A stretch of DNA of 64,000 nucleotides, from positions 37,313 through 101,312 of the forward strand of contig JAQUPP010000001.1 in the NCBI GenBank assembly GCA_028716665.1. Reading direction: 5' to 3'. Shown here piece by piece: positions 1-10,056 of the stretch (the first letter of the stretch is position 1; every line of letters begins with the position of its first letter). The notes below the pieces were generated by a model. The model did no database searches and was not told the origin of the DNA. It saw only the letters and a program-made list of their open reading frames with translations. The translations under genes and the position numbers were made by a program. The stretch comes from Patescibacteria group bacterium (GTDB lineage: Bacteria; Patescibacteriota; Patescibacteriia; UBA2591; JAQUPP01).

Positions 1-1
1 T

Positions 2-178
2 TTAATCGGCAGAATGAAAGTAAAAGGGGTAACGCTTGTTCCTCTCAAAGCTTATACCAAAGGCGGCCTCGTAAAAATAGAATGCGGCTTGGCGAGAGGA
101 AAAAAACAATGGGATAAGCGCGAAGCCATCAAAGAGCGGGATTACAAAAGACGAGAACAAAAAGACCTTGACATTTAA
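2..178 (+). CDS. smpB: SsrA-binding protein, C-terminal part (5' truncated by window)
   Basis: Frame 2 reads ...[39 protein letters not shown]..., the SmpB C-terminus; directly upstream of tmRNA. Confidence 0.93.
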   Translation, partial: LIGRMKVKGVTLVPLKAYTKGGLVKIECGLARGKKQWDKREAIKERDYKRREQKDLDI

Positions 179-195
179 TTTAAAAGGTATATAAT
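168..195 (+). promoter_or_regulatory. sigma70-type promoter for tmRNA
   Basis: TTGACA(168-173)-16 nt-TATAAT(190-195). Confidence 0.7.
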
Positions 196-232
196 ATTAC
201 TATTGATCTTTAAAAAGATATCCATCACAAAT

Positions 233-252
233 TCTACCTGTCGGTAGACAGG
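233..252. repeat. degenerate copy of the CCTGCCTGCCGGCAGGCAGG palindrome
   Basis: TCTACCTGTCGGTAGACAGG differs from the perfect copy at 13936-13955 only by transitions. Confidence 0.55.
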
Positions 253-261
253 ATATTTTAT

Positions 262-639
262 GGGGATGCTCAAAAATTGACGGTTGATTTGGATAAAAAT
301 TACCTTCCGTACATTCCTATTTTTTAATAGGAAATAAATCAGAAATACGTTAATTTTCTACGGCAGATATAAATGCCAACACAAATTTAAACTTTGCTAT
401 AGCTTAACGCTGTAGCCGTTAGGATTTACAGTGCCGATGCTCGAATCATGACGTATTATATTATCGGATAAGTTAATCCAGTCGCTTGTCTGGATTTTCC
501 GAAAACCAAAATCAAGCTCTGATTAAAAAGGTTTCGTTCAGTTATCACTTTTTAATCAAGAAAATAACTGAAAAATGAAGGTAAACGTTTTTATCTAAAA
601 TTTTCCCGGACGCGGGGGAGGTACCCGCCATCTCCACCA
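262..639 (+). ncRNA. ssrA: tmRNA; tag peptide (A)ANTNLNFAIA* at 375-407
   Basis: 5' GGGGATG pairs with 3' CATCTCC-ACCA and includes G3:U70. Resume codon GCC follows ATAAAT; tag ends in a hydrophobic/Ala tail; adjacent to smpB. Confidence 0.93.
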
Positions 640-674
640 ATTTTCTTCCCGCTGAAGCGGGACCAGAAAATTGA

Positions 675-793
675 GTATCCCGTATCAAATCTATAAATAA
701 ATTTTATAATAAGATGAAATAAGCCGCAGGCGAGCACTGTGCTTCCAGCCTTATTTTATCACAACATTTATTCGGATTTCGGTACTGGGACAC
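675..793 (+). ncRNA. putative structured RNA (long imperfect hairpin) between tmRNA and infC
   Basis: Nested complementary segments 675-691/775-793, 696-702/766-772 and 713-723/750-760. Confidence 0.4.
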
Positions 794-819
794 CATAACA
801 AACATAACAATTTAAAATC

Positions 820-1329
820 GTGAAATTTTATCGCACAAATAAACAAATAACTGCCCTCAAAGTTCGCCTAATCGATGAAAACGGCGTAAATGTCGGCACT
901 TTAGAAACTTCAAAAGCCCTTGAATCAGCCCGTGAAAAAGGGTTGGATTTAATGGAACTTGATCCGACGGCCGATCCCCCGATTGCCAAGATTGTAGATT
1001 TCAGTCAGTTTAAATACAATTTGCTTAAAAAACAAAAGAAAGAAAGAAAATTGCAAAAATCAGGCGGCGTTAAAGGTATCAGATTAAGCTCTCGCATTGG
1101 CCAACATGACTTGGAACTTAAAGTTGAAAAAGCCAAAGAATTCATAGCTGAAGGCCATAAGGTTCAAGCAGAATTATTTCTGCGCGGCCGAGAAAAATTA
1201 CACGCTGATTTGGCTGAAAAATTAATCAAACAATTTATTGAACTTTTAGGAGAAAATATTATAATAGAACAACCACTTAAAAGACAGGGCGGCAGACTTA
1301 GCGCCTTAGTCGTTAAAAAAAATATATGA
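820..1329 (+). CDS. infC: translation initiation factor IF-3
   Basis: VRLIDENG, GLDLMEL...PPIAKIVDF, LFLRGRE motifs; infC-rpmI-rplT order. Confidence 0.96.
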   Translation: MKFYRTNKQITALKVRLIDENGVNVGTLETSKALESAREKGLDLMELDPTADPPIAKIVDFSQFKYNLLKKQKKERKLQKSGGVKGIRLSSRIGQHDLELKVEKAKEFIAEGHKVQAELFLRGREKLHADLAEKLIKQFIELLGENIIIEQPLKRQGGRLSALVVKKNI

Positions 1330-1505
1330 AAACAAATAAAGCAATTGTCAAAAGATTCAGATTAACGAAAACGGGCAAGGTCGTGCATAAAACTTGCGGG
1401 CAGGATCATTTTAATGCTCGAGAAAAAGGCAGTAAGACTAAAAGTAAAAGAGCTGATAAGTCTGTTTATAAAACTTACGCCAAAACTGTAAAAAGTTATA
1501 TTTAA
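1326..1505 (+). CDS. rpmI: 50S ribosomal protein L35 (59 aa, absent from the ORF track)
   Basis: MKTNKAIVKRFRLTKTGKV...GQDHFNARE...; ATGA overlap with the infC stop; between infC and rplT. Confidence 0.93.
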   Translation: MKTNKAIVKRFRLTKTGKVVHKTCGQDHFNAREKGSKTKSKRADKSVYKTYAKTVKSYI

Positions 1506-1524
1506 AAAATAATTTAAAAAAAAT

Positions 1525-1872
1525 ATGCCTAGAGTAAAACGCGGTTTAGCCCATCTTAAAAGAAGAAAAAATGTCCTTAAAGAAGCAAAGGGTTTTAAAT
1601 GGGGCCGAAAAAATAAATTTAAATTAGCTAAAATCGCTCTTTGGAGAGCCGGTAATTTTGCTTATCAAGGCAGAAAAGTCAAAAAAAGAACAGCTCGATC
1701 TTTATGGCTGATCAAAATCAATGCCGGTTGCCGAGAGAATGGAACTGTTTATTCTAAATTTATTGACGGCTTGAAAAAGAATAAAATAGAATTGGACAGA
1801 AAAACTTTGGCTAATTTGGCTTGCAATTATCCGAAAGTTTTCACCGAATTGGTTAAATCCATAAAAAAATAA
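1525..1872 (+). CDS. rplT: 50S ribosomal protein L20
   Basis: MPRVKRG...AKGF.GR...RSLWLIKINA...IELDRKTLA. Confidence 0.97.
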   Translation: MPRVKRGLAHLKRRKNVLKEAKGFKWGRKNKFKLAKIALWRAGNFAYQGRKVKKRTARSLWLIKINAGCRENGTVYSKFIDGLKKNKIELDRKTLANLACNYPKVFTELVKSIKK

Positions 1873-1878
1873 TACCTT

Positions 1879-1923
1879 AAAAACAAATACTGCTTCCTTT
1901 TTATAAGAGCAGTATTTGTTTTT
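1879..1923 (+). terminator. intrinsic terminator after rplT
   Basis: Inverted repeat AAAAACAAATACTGCT / AGCAGTATTTGTTTTT. Confidence 0.7.
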
Positions 1924-1929
1924 GGGGGC

Positions 1930-1957
1930 TTGTCAGAAAATAAAAATTTGATATAAT
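1930..1957 (+). promoter_or_regulatory. promoter of tRNA-Asp
   Basis: TTGTCA-16 nt-TATAAT ending 9 nt before the tRNA. Confidence 0.65.
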
Positions 1958-1966
1958 AATTTTAAT

Positions 1967-2040
1967 GGTCCGGTAGATCAACTGGTTAGATCGCATCCCT
2001 GTCACGGATGAGGTTGCGGGTTCGAGCCCCGTCCGGACCG
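1967..2040 (+). tRNA. tRNA-Asp(GTC), no encoded CCA
   Basis: Cloverleaf GGTCCGG...CCGGACC-G, anticodon loop CTGTCAC, T-loop TTCGAGC. Confidence 0.95.
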
Positions 2041-2074
2041 TATTTTATTTAAAATAAATAATTAAATAAAAATT

Positions 2075-2911
2075 ATGAACAAAACATCCGCTTTATCTAT
2101 TCTTTTAGTTTTAATAATAGCAGGAGGTTTAACATATTATTTATTCACACTGCAAACGTCAGTTGACAATCTTCAAGAAAGAATTTACCAAATAGAAACA
2201 AAAAATCAAGTTCAACAAAGCATGGATCAATTAAAAACAGACATTGTTAAAGAATTTAAAAAAGGTGATGAAAATGAAGTTATACGTCGCTTGCAATATA
2301 TTTTAAGCCAATATCCTCAGATTTATCCCGAAGGTCAGGTCACGGGAGTTTATGACGATAAAACTGTTCTGGCAGTTCAAAAATTTCAAGAAAAAAATGA
2401 TTTAAAAATATCCGGTGTTTTAGACGAACCGACACAAAATAAACTTGTAGAAACAACTTGTACTCCAACCTCTATCCCTGAAGAATTATCTCAACCGCGA
2501 GATGGCAATGAAAATGAAATTCTTTTACTTCTCAATGATGAAGGGAAAAGGTTCTATGCCCAGTCAAAGGCTGTCCGCGATACTTATCCGGGAAATCATC
2601 CTTATAAACATTTCTTACTTATAGGTTTTTCGGTGGATTATATGGATCAAGAAGGTTATTTTCACCCGCCAGCCGGCAGAAATTGTTTTGTGCCCAATCC
2701 TGATTTATATTCTGATATTCCCTCTGTTATCCCCGACAAATTTTATCGATATGTCAAAGATTGCGCAAATAAAACAACCATTCAGCGCCAAGTACTCGAC
2801 ACCACTGGTGGCTATATGAATTATATTGGCCGCGATCGTTATCAAGAACAATGCATTGATGATGGCAGTTTTGACAATTATTACGTAGAAAGCACCAAGA
2901 AATTAGAATAA
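2075..2911 (+). CDS. membrane-anchored protein with a peptidoglycan-binding (PG_binding_1-like) domain
   Basis: N-terminal TM helix and coiled coil, then KGD..EVIRRLQYIL...VTGVYDDKTVLAVQKFQEKNDLKISGVLDEPT. Confidence 0.8.
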   Translation: MNKTSALSILLVLIIAGGLTYYLFTLQTSVDNLQERIYQIETKNQVQQSMDQLKTDIVKEFKKGDENEVIRRLQYILSQYPQIYPEGQVTGVYDDKTVLAVQKFQEKNDLKISGVLDEPTQNKLVETTCTPTSIPEELSQPRDGNENEILLLLNDEGKRFYAQSKAVRDTYPGNHPYKHFLLIGFSVDYMDQEGYFHPPAGRNCFVPNPDLYSDIPSVIPDKFYRYVKDCANKTTIQRQVLDTTGGYMNYIGRDRYQEQCIDDGSFDNYYVESTKKLE

Positions 2912-2924
2912 TAAAATTTACTTT

Positions 2925-2971
2925 AAATAAAAAATCGGCAATTATAAAATGTAATTGCCGATTTTTTATTT
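2925..2971. terminator. bidirectional terminator between convergent genes
   Basis: 20-bp inverted repeat AAATAAAAAATCGGCAATTA / TAATTGCCGATTTTTTATTT. Confidence 0.75.
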
Positions 2972-2976
2972 TCTTA

Positions 2977-3699
2977 TTAAGAACGAGAGATTTTTTCAAA
3001 ATATTTCAAACCATTTTCGTCTTTACCGGCTTCCACAAAATCTTCAAAAACAACCGGAATAATCATTTTAACTTCTTCCAATAATTTACCCATTACTTCT
3101 CTGATTTCCCAATGAGCCGGTCGAGCAGTTCTCATTTTAAAAATATGCCGCCATTCACGAAAATTCGCTGAAACAACAATTTGAGATTTAATCGCCGTGG
3201 GCAGAATTTGTCTGGCATCTTGCGGCAACCAACCTGCCTTTCTTAATCCTCGATAAAATTCTTCCGTTTCTTGAAGCATTTCGGCCATGGACATTTCTCG
3301 GCCGTCAGCCAATTTAACTTTTTCATTTTCATCTTTATGAGCCGGAACAACGCATTTTAATTCAAATTTTTCCAAGTCCACTTCCGCGCCCGGTTTGGCA
3401 TAATCCACATAACGGGTTGATTCTTGAGAAATACCCATTATACGATGGCGAACCAATTCATGAGTCAAGCCGCGGGAACAATCATTAAATTGAACAATCA
3501 TCAAACTGTGCTCCATTACGCTTTCGTGCCCGAGTTTTAAAATCATTTTAACGAATTTTTCCGCGGTTTCCTGAGTTATTTCTTGAGCAACTGATTGATA
3601 ACAAGTCCTCCCCGCTTTTTCAATGGTTAACAACTGCGATTTTAAATTTTCTTTAGGCGTTAAAATAACAAAATTTCCGGCACTTTTAAGTATTTTCAT
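2977..3699 (-). CDS. thyX: FAD-dependent thymidylate synthase
   Basis: GHESVMEH, SRGLTHELVRHR...SQESTRY, ARQILP, NFREWRHIFKMR...AHWEIR. Confidence 0.96.
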   Translation of the reverse strand: MKILKSAGNFVILTPKENLKSQLLTIEKAGRTCYQSVAQEITQETAEKFVKMILKLGHESVMEHSLMIVQFNDCSRGLTHELVRHRIMGISQESTRYVDYAKPGAEVDLEKFELKCVVPAHKDENEKVKLADGREMSMAEMLQETEEFYRGLRKAGWLPQDARQILPTAIKSQIVVSANFREWRHIFKMRTARPAHWEIREVMGKLLEEVKMIIPVVFEDFVEAGKDENGLKYFEKISRS

Positions 3700-3700
3700 A

Positions 3701-3917
3701 CCAGGTAGTAGAACTTTGACAATTTTTGTCCAATCATCAAAGTTTTAAATTAATTAATTAATTAAATTATTTTAGAAAACCTTTGTTTGTTATATGAATT
3801 TTTTGTCCGACCAAAAATCAACAAAATTAAAGCTTTCAAACAGATTAAGTACGCAATATAGATATTACCAGGTAAAACTTTTTAGCTGCGAAGGACAAGT
3901 CAAAGTCCACTACCTGG
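3701..3917. mobile_element. non-autonomous TIR element (MITE-like), copy 1, at the thyX start codon
   Basis: Ends CCAGGTAGTAGAACTTTGAC / GTCAAAGTCCACTACCTGG; CATA on both flanks (3697-3700, 3918-3921); interior similar to copy 2. Confidence 0.8.
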
Positions 3918-3925
3918 CATATTTT

Positions 3926-5044
3926 TTAAATTATATTTTTAAATGTTTTAAAAGTTTTTTCAGCGCATTTTTGCCAAGAAAATTCTTTTACCCTTTCTAA
4001 CCCTTTTTCTATCAGCACTTTTCTCAAATCTTGCTCATTAATTATTCTTTTAATCGCTTCAATCATTTGCAATGAATTTTCGGGGTTAAAATACAGAGCT
4101 GCGTCTTGAGCGACTTCGGGCAAAGAACCTTGATTTGAGGCGACAATCGGACAACCGGAGGCCATTGCTTCAAGTAAAGGGATACCGAATCCTTCATAAA
4201 AAGAAGGAAAAACAAACGCTTCTGCTCCGGCGTATAAATAAACCAAGTCTTTCGGTTCAACATAATTAATTTGACGAATTTTTTCTCCCAAAGATTTAAT
4301 TTGTGATTTCGCTTCTTGATAACCGAATCCCGGGCTTCCGGCCAAAACCAAATTTAGAATTTGGAATTTAGAATTTAGAATTTGGAGCTGCTGATAGGCG
4401 TTAATCAATCCTTTGATATTTTTCTTTTTCTCCAGCCGGCCGACAAAAAAAAGATAAGGCTTTTTAATCTGATATTTAATCAAAATTTCTTCTATTTTAT
4501 TTTTATCTTCAATCAAATTATAATTTTCACTGTATCCCAAAGGGATGACGATTATTTTATTCGGATCTGTTTTATATAAATTTATTATTTCCGTTTTTGT
4601 AAATTCCGACGGAGTGATAATTTTATCGGCATATTTGGCGGCAAAAGAATGAACCAGTGAGTAATAAATTCTCTGCCCAAAAGTATAAGCTTTTGGGAAA
4701 CGCTTGAATCCAAGATCGTGAATGGTCATTATTTTTTTAGCTCGGCAAAAAATAGGCAAACAATGAGCCGGAACAAATAAAATATCCGGCGGATTAATCA
4801 ACATTTCCCAAGATAATCTCTTCTGAGTCCAAAAATATTTCAAGGGCCAAGATAAAATTTTAGTTTTCCAGCCGGCCGGCATAATTCCCAAATCTCCTTT
4901 TAATTCTTCCGACGCGTATAAAATAAATTTATCCCCCTGAGACAGAGGGATTTTTTTTAATTCTTGAATCAAATGGTAGGAATACCATTCAACGCCTGTT
5001 TTTTGCGGGCGATTTGCCCTCGAAGCATCAATGCCGATAATCAT
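3926..5044 (-). CDS. glycosyltransferase family 4
   Basis: TIHDL, FVGRLEKKKN, FPSFYEGFGIPLLEAMASGCP motifs. Confidence 0.93.
   Translation of the reverse strand: MIIGIDASRANRPQKTGVEWYSYHLIQELKKIPLSQGDKFILYASEELKGDLGIMPAGWKTKILSWPLKYFWTQKRLSWEMLINPPDILFVPAHCLPIFCRAKKIMTIHDLGFKRFPKAYTFGQRIYYSLVHSFAAKYADKIITPSEFTKTEIINLYKTDPNKIIVIPLGYSENYNLIEDKNKIEEILIKYQIKKPYLFFVGRLEKKKNIKGLINAYQQLQILNSKFQILNLVLAGSPGFGYQEAKSQIKSLGEKIRQINYVEPKDLVYLYAGAEAFVFPSFYEGFGIPLLEAMASGCPIVASNQGSLPEVAQDAALYFNPENSLQMIEAIKRIINEQDLRKVLIEKGLERVKEFSWQKCAEKTFKTFKNII
4351..4385. repeat. 5 x 7-bp tandem repeat (AATTTAG/AATTTGG) inside the GT4 gene
   Basis: aatttag aatttgg aatttag aatttag aatttgg; encodes QILNSKFQILN. Confidence 0.75.
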
Positions 5045-5047
5045 AAA

Positions 5048-6055
5048 TTATTTCATTGCCATAAGACTCTTTTTATAAGAATCCAAATTTTCCAAAGCTA
5101 TACCTGTTCCTCGAGCTACGCAAAGTAACGGTTCTTCGGCTACATAAGCCGGCACGCCGGTAACTTGAGTGAAAAGTTTATCTAAATTTCTGATTAAAGC
5201 CGTACCTCCGGATAAAACCATGCCTTTTTCCATAATATCAGCCGCCAATTCGGGCGGAGTTTCATAAAGCACGGATTTTATCGCCGAAACAATAGCATTA
5301 AGTTCATCTTGAATGGCTTCTGTTATATCATCAGAATCAATGGTAATAATTTTAGGTAAACCGGTAATCATGTCTCTGCCCTTAATATCCATTTTCAATT
5401 TTTTTTCTAACGGCAAGGCCGAACCGATTCTGATTTTAATATCTTCGGCCGTTCTTTCACCAATCGCCAAATTATATTTTTTTCGGATGAAAACCATAAT
5501 CGCCGCATCTAATTTATTTCCAGCCACCCTGATGGAAGTTGAAGCAACAATTCCGCCCAAAGATATAACCGCTGATTCGGTTGTTCCTCCACCCATATCA
5601 ACAATCATATGTCCCGAAGCCGAACCAATGGGAATATTCGCGCCAATAGCCGAAGCAATCGGTTCTTTAATAATATAAGCCGCTCGAGCTCCGGCCGCCA
5701 TCGTCGCATCAATTACTGCTCTTCTTTCAGTTGAAGTAATGCCACCCGGCACTGCCACCATAACTTCCGGTCTGAAAAGACGAAAACGTCCGATCGCTTT
5801 ACCGATAAAATATCTTAACATGGCTTCAGTTGTTTTGTAATCCGCAATAACGCCATCTTTCAATGGTTTTTTTGCCACAATTGAATCAGGGGTTCGTCCG
5901 ATCATGGCCTTGGCTTCATCGCCAACAGCCAAGACGCTATTATCTGCCGTAGAAATTGCCACCACCGAAGGTTCATCGGTAACAATTCCTCGCCCTTGCA
6001 CATAAACCAAGATATTGGCCGTCCCTAAATCTATACCAATTTTTTTAGAAAACAT
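5048..6055 (-). CDS. mreB: rod shape-determining actin-like ATPase MreB
   Basis: [39 protein letters not shown]. Confidence 0.97.
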   Translation of the reverse strand: MFSKKIGIDLGTANILVYVQGRGIVTDEPSVVAISTADNSVLAVGDEAKAMIGRTPDSIVAKKPLKDGVIADYKTTEAMLRYFIGKAIGRFRLFRPEVMVAVPGGITSTERRAVIDATMAAGARAAYIIKEPIASAIGANIPIGSASGHMIVDMGGGTTESAVISLGGIVASTSIRVAGNKLDAAIMVFIRKKYNLAIGERTAEDIKIRIGSALPLEKKLKMDIKGRDMITGLPKIITIDSDDITEAIQDELNAIVSAIKSVLYETPPELAADIMEKGMVLSGGTALIRNLDKLFTQVTGVPAYVAEEPLLCVARGTGIALENLDSYKKSLMAMK

Positions 6056-6067
6056 AATAAATAATAT

Positions 6068-7126
6068 TTACGCTTTTAAATTTTTTTCCTCAAGTTCAAC
6101 TTCTCTTTTTTCTTTAAAATAATCACGGATCAAAATACTGATAACTGTGGCAATCGGAACAGAAATTAACATTCCGATCGGGCCGGCCAATCTTCCGCCA
6201 ATTAATAAAACGATCAAAGCCAAGGCCGGATTAAGTCCGACAACTTTATACATTATATTTGGAGAAATTATAAGATGCCCAATTTCTTGAATAATAATAT
6301 AGAGAATTATCACCAATAAACCTAAAAGCGGTGATTGAACAAAAGCGATAATTACCGCCGGAATAGCTCCTAAAGCAAAACCTATAAATGGAATCATCTC
6401 TCCGAAGCCGGTAATAATGGCTAAAATTAAAGCGAATTTAACTTTTAAAAAGAATAAGCCGATATAAGTTAGAATACCTATAATCAAGCAAATTAAGAAT
6501 TGACCTATCGCCCATCCGCTGACTTCTTTCTGGGATAATCTCATAAAATGCTCAAAAAAATGGCGATATTTTATCGGAATTATTAAATTCAAATAATTAT
6601 AGAAAGTGTGTTTCTGAATAGACAAATAAAAAGATATTATTAGAACCATGAATAAGGAAACAATCTGACCAATAGTATTTCCCAATAAAGAAAACATATT
6701 TGTGTCTCCCAGAACTTTCTGATTTAACCATTGATTTCCTAATTTTAAAAATTGTTCTTGGACACCTGCTGGTATTTTTACTACAATTGATTGAAAAACA
6801 TTCGGAATTTGATCAATAAAAATTTTCCCTTGTTCTACAATAGTCGGCCAAACGGCAAAACTGATACCGGTTAAAATCAATAGAATAAACAAGTAGACAA
6901 TTAATGCTCCCAGCCAACGGGGTAATTTTTTTCTTTCAAAAAAATTAACCGTGGGGTTAATAATCACGGCCAAAAAAACCGCGATTAAAACCATAAAAAT
7001 AATGTCGCGGATAAAATACAAAAACCAAAAACCCAAAAGAACTAAAACAACTTTAACAACTGATAAAAAATCTATACTAAAAACATTTGTATTTTTTGAA
7101 CTTGAATTATTTTGATTTTCAAACAT
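6068..7126 (-). CDS. AI-2E family (PerM-like) transporter
   Basis: Multi-TM protein with IPFIG...P and a P.I....VGLNP...G...G..G...VP motif. Confidence 0.85.
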   Translation of the reverse strand: MFENQNNSSSKNTNVFSIDFLSVVKVVLVLLGFWFLYFIRDIIFMVLIAVFLAVIINPTVNFFERKKLPRWLGALIVYLFILLILTGISFAVWPTIVEQGKIFIDQIPNVFQSIVVKIPAGVQEQFLKLGNQWLNQKVLGDTNMFSLLGNTIGQIVSLFMVLIISFYLSIQKHTFYNYLNLIIPIKYRHFFEHFMRLSQKEVSGWAIGQFLICLIIGILTYIGLFFLKVKFALILAIITGFGEMIPFIGFALGAIPAVIIAFVQSPLLGLLVIILYIIIQEIGHLIISPNIMYKVVGLNPALALIVLLIGGRLAGPIGMLISVPIATVISILIRDYFKEKREVELEEKNLKA

Positions 7127-7127
7127 A

Positions 7128-7336
7128 CCAGGTAGTAGAACTTTGACAATTTTTGTGAAATTACCAAAGTTTTAAATTATTAATTAAATTATTTTAGGAA
7201 ACCTTTTTTATTTTATGAATTTTTTGTCCGACCAAAAATCAACAAATTAAATCTTCAACGATATGTTAGATGCGCAAAATATATACCAGATAAAACTTTT
7301 TAGTTGTGAGAGGACAAGTCAAAGTCCACTACCTGG
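7128..7336. mobile_element. non-autonomous TIR element, copy 2, at the AI-2E start codon
   Basis: Same ends as copy 1; CATA at 7124-7127 and 7337-7340. Confidence 0.8.
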
Positions 7337-7366
7337 CATAAATTTTGATTTATATTTATACTTTAA

Positions 7367-8647
7367 TTATATCTCATCTTGCAAAATCCGCAAGAATTGG
7401 CGATTTTCTTTAAATGGCCCGATCATGGCCAAACTTAAATTTTTGTTTTTAAAAAGCTGGTTGGCTATTCTTTGAATATCAGATTGGCTGACCATTTTTA
7501 TCTTTTTTAATTTTTCTTTCGGTTCAATAATCTTGCCAACCAATAATAATTGCCTGCCGTACCATGAAGCCAAAGTGGCCGATTCTTCAAAAGAAAGCTT
7601 CATTGTCCCTTCAATGTAATCTTTAGCCCGAGTCAGTTCTTCTTTGCTTACGCCTTGTTTTTTAATTTTATTTAATTCTTCCAAAATAACTTTTAACGTT
7701 TCTTCCGTTCTGTTTTTATCAACACCGGCTCGAATTTCAAAACTGCCCGTATCTTGATAAACGCCCAATTCCATTTCCACGAAATAAGCCAGTCCTCTTT
7801 TTACTCTTATCTCGGTGAAAAGCCGCGAACTCATATTACCGCCCAAAATAAGGCTTAAAACACTAGCCGCTTCCAAATCGGGATGATGATAAGAATAGGC
7901 CAGGCCGCCTAAAGCGATTTGAACCTGATTGGTATCTTTGAATAAAATATTCGCTTTGGGCCAAGATTTTTTTTCTTCATTTTTAAAAAGCGAAAAATCA
8001 GTTTTATTTTTTTTGCCCTGATAAGCACCGAAGTATTTTTTAACCAATTTAATGGCTTCTTGATTTTTGATATTGCCCGCCACCACCACGATCATCTGAT
8101 TCGGCTGATAAAATTTTTCTTTATAAGCCATTAATTTTTGCTGGCTCATTTTTTGAACAGTCGGCATATCCCCGCTTACCAACCAACTTAAAGGATGATT
8201 TCCGAATAATACTTTTTCAAACATATCTTCAATATGAAGCAAAGGATTTTCTTCATACATTTTAACTTCCTCCAAAATAACTTTTTTTTCTCTTTCAAAT
8301 TCTTCTTTGTCAAAAACCGAATTAAAAACCATATCGGATAAAATATCAAAAGCTTTTTCCGTTTTATTATCAACCGCTTTTATCCAATAACCGGTATGAT
8401 CTTTGGAAGTAAACGCATTATATCTTGCTCCCAAACTGTCCAATTCTTTCGCCACCAATAAAGAAGACGGCCGACGCTTTGTGCCTTTGAACATCATGTG
8501 TTCAATAAAATGAGAGGCGCCGTTTAAATCCTTGGTTTCATAACGCGAACCAACCGGCAAGAGCACCTCAATCGTTACTGACTCGGCATTTTTAACCGGT
8601 ACTGTAATCAAGCGAAGGCCTTGAGATAATTTTGTTTGAAAGTACAT
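7367..8647 (-). CDS. M16 family zinc peptidase
   Basis: GSRYE...GASHFIEHMMFKGT (HxxEH), NAFTSKD, SSRLFTEIRVKRGLAY. Confidence 0.93.
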   Translation of the reverse strand: MYFQTKLSQGLRLITVPVKNAESVTIEVLLPVGSRYETKDLNGASHFIEHMMFKGTKRRPSSLLVAKELDSLGARYNAFTSKDHTGYWIKAVDNKTEKAFDILSDMVFNSVFDKEEFEREKKVILEEVKMYEENPLLHIEDMFEKVLFGNHPLSWLVSGDMPTVQKMSQQKLMAYKEKFYQPNQMIVVVAGNIKNQEAIKLVKKYFGAYQGKKNKTDFSLFKNEEKKSWPKANILFKDTNQVQIALGGLAYSYHHPDLEAASVLSLILGGNMSSRLFTEIRVKRGLAYFVEMELGVYQDTGSFEIRAGVDKNRTEETLKVILEELNKIKKQGVSKEELTRAKDYIEGTMKLSFEESATLASWYGRQLLLVGKIIEPKEKLKKIKMVSQSDIQRIANQLFKNKNLSLAMIGPFKENRQFLRILQDEI

Positions 8648-8648
8648 A

Positions 8649-9980
8649 TTAATTTTCTAATTTATCTTTTAACCAACCGGTTAATTCTGAAATTAAAATT
8701 CTTTCCTGTTTCATGGTGTCGCGGTCGCGAACCGTCACTTTTTTATCTTCCAAACTTTCAAAATCAACAGTCACGCAATAAGGCGTGCCGATTTCATCTT
8801 GGCGGCGATAACGTTTTCCGATAGAAGCCGTTTCGTCATATTGGCACATAAAATATTTTTGCAAATCGTGATAAATTTCTTTGGCCGGTTGAGATAATTC
8901 TTCTTTTTTTGATAAAGGCAAAATTGCCACCTTAATCGGGGCTAAATTTTTATGAAGGCGTAAAACTATTTCCGTTTCATGAACTGCATTTTCGCCGCCG
9001 GATCTGGTTTCAACTTCATCATAAGCATCAATTAAAAACAAAAGAACAGCTCGATCCGCGCCCATGGAAACTTCGTCAACGTAAGGAATGAATTTTTCTT
9101 TTGTTTCTTCGTTTGTGTAATTCATGTCCACGCCGCTGTATTTTCCGTGCCGCGACAAATCCCAATCCCCGCGATTATGAATGCCGGCGAATTCGCTCCA
9201 ATCGTCAAACGGTGTTTTGTATTCCACGTCCCAGGCCTCTTTGGCGTAATGCGCCAATTCGTCTTTTTCATGCTGGCGCAAACGCAAATTTTCCGGACGA
9301 TAAACCAAATTTTTATACCAATCAAAAGTCCAATCCTTCCATTCTTGATAATATTCATTCGCTTCTTTGGGCGAAACAAAATATTGCATTTCCATTTGTT
9401 CAAACTCGCGCGTTCTGAAAATAAAATTTCCGGGGGTTATTTCGTTTCTAAATGCCTTGCCGACTTGAGCAACGCCAAACGGCAATTTTTTTCTCATTGA
9501 TTCTTTAACATTTAAATAATTCAAATAAATTCCTTGGCAAGTTTCACCACGCATATAAGCTTCGTCTTGAGAACCTTCAACCGCGCCTAAATGAGTTTTC
9601 ATTAAGAGATTGAATTTCTTGCCTTCGGTGAGTTCGCCGCCGCAATCCGGGCATTTTTTGCCTTCAATTTTATCAGACCTGAATCTCTGATGGCACTTTT
9701 TACATTCCACCAACGGATCGGTAAAATTTTCCAAATGTCCCGACGCTTCCCAAACAATTTTGGGCGTTAAAATAGAGCTGTCCAATCCCACCACGTCATC
9801 TCTTTTTTGAACTATTTCTTTCCACCAAGTTCGCTTGATGTTATTTTTCAATTCAACGCCAAGAGGGCCAAAATCCCAAGAATTGGCCAATCCGCCGTAT
9901 ATTTCAGAACCGGGGAAGATAAATCCTCGGCGTTTGCACAACGAAATTATTTTATCCATTTTTGTTAGTTCTTTTGCCAT
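8649..9980 (-). CDS. glyQS: glycine--tRNA ligase (homodimeric type)
   Basis: EIYGG, RGETCQGI, GKAFRNEITPGNFIFRTREFEQME, IGKRYRRQDEIGTP. Confidence 0.97.
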   Translation of the reverse strand: MAKELTKMDKIISLCKRRGFIFPGSEIYGGLANSWDFGPLGVELKNNIKRTWWKEIVQKRDDVVGLDSSILTPKIVWEASGHLENFTDPLVECKKCHQRFRSDKIEGKKCPDCGGELTEGKKFNLLMKTHLGAVEGSQDEAYMRGETCQGIYLNYLNVKESMRKKLPFGVAQVGKAFRNEITPGNFIFRTREFEQMEMQYFVSPKEANEYYQEWKDWTFDWYKNLVYRPENLRLRQHEKDELAHYAKEAWDVEYKTPFDDWSEFAGIHNRGDWDLSRHGKYSGVDMNYTNEETKEKFIPYVDEVSMGADRAVLLFLIDAYDEVETRSGGENAVHETEIVLRLHKNLAPIKVAILPLSKKEELSQPAKEIYHDLQKYFMCQYDETASIGKRYRRQDEIGTPYCVTVDFESLEDKKVTVRDRDTMKQERILISELTGWLKDKLEN

Positions 9981-10056
9981 ATGACATTATTATAACGCTT
10001 TTTTAAAAAAAGAAAAGAGGGGCACGTCTGACCGACGGCCCCTTTTTTTATTTCAA

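Noticed and set aside
3794-4000. Similar short ORFs 3794-4000 and 7263-7475 as a small protein family or transposase remnant
   Set aside because: The similarity comes from the shared non-coding TIR element. The starts differ, they run antisense into real genes, and there are no transposase motifs.
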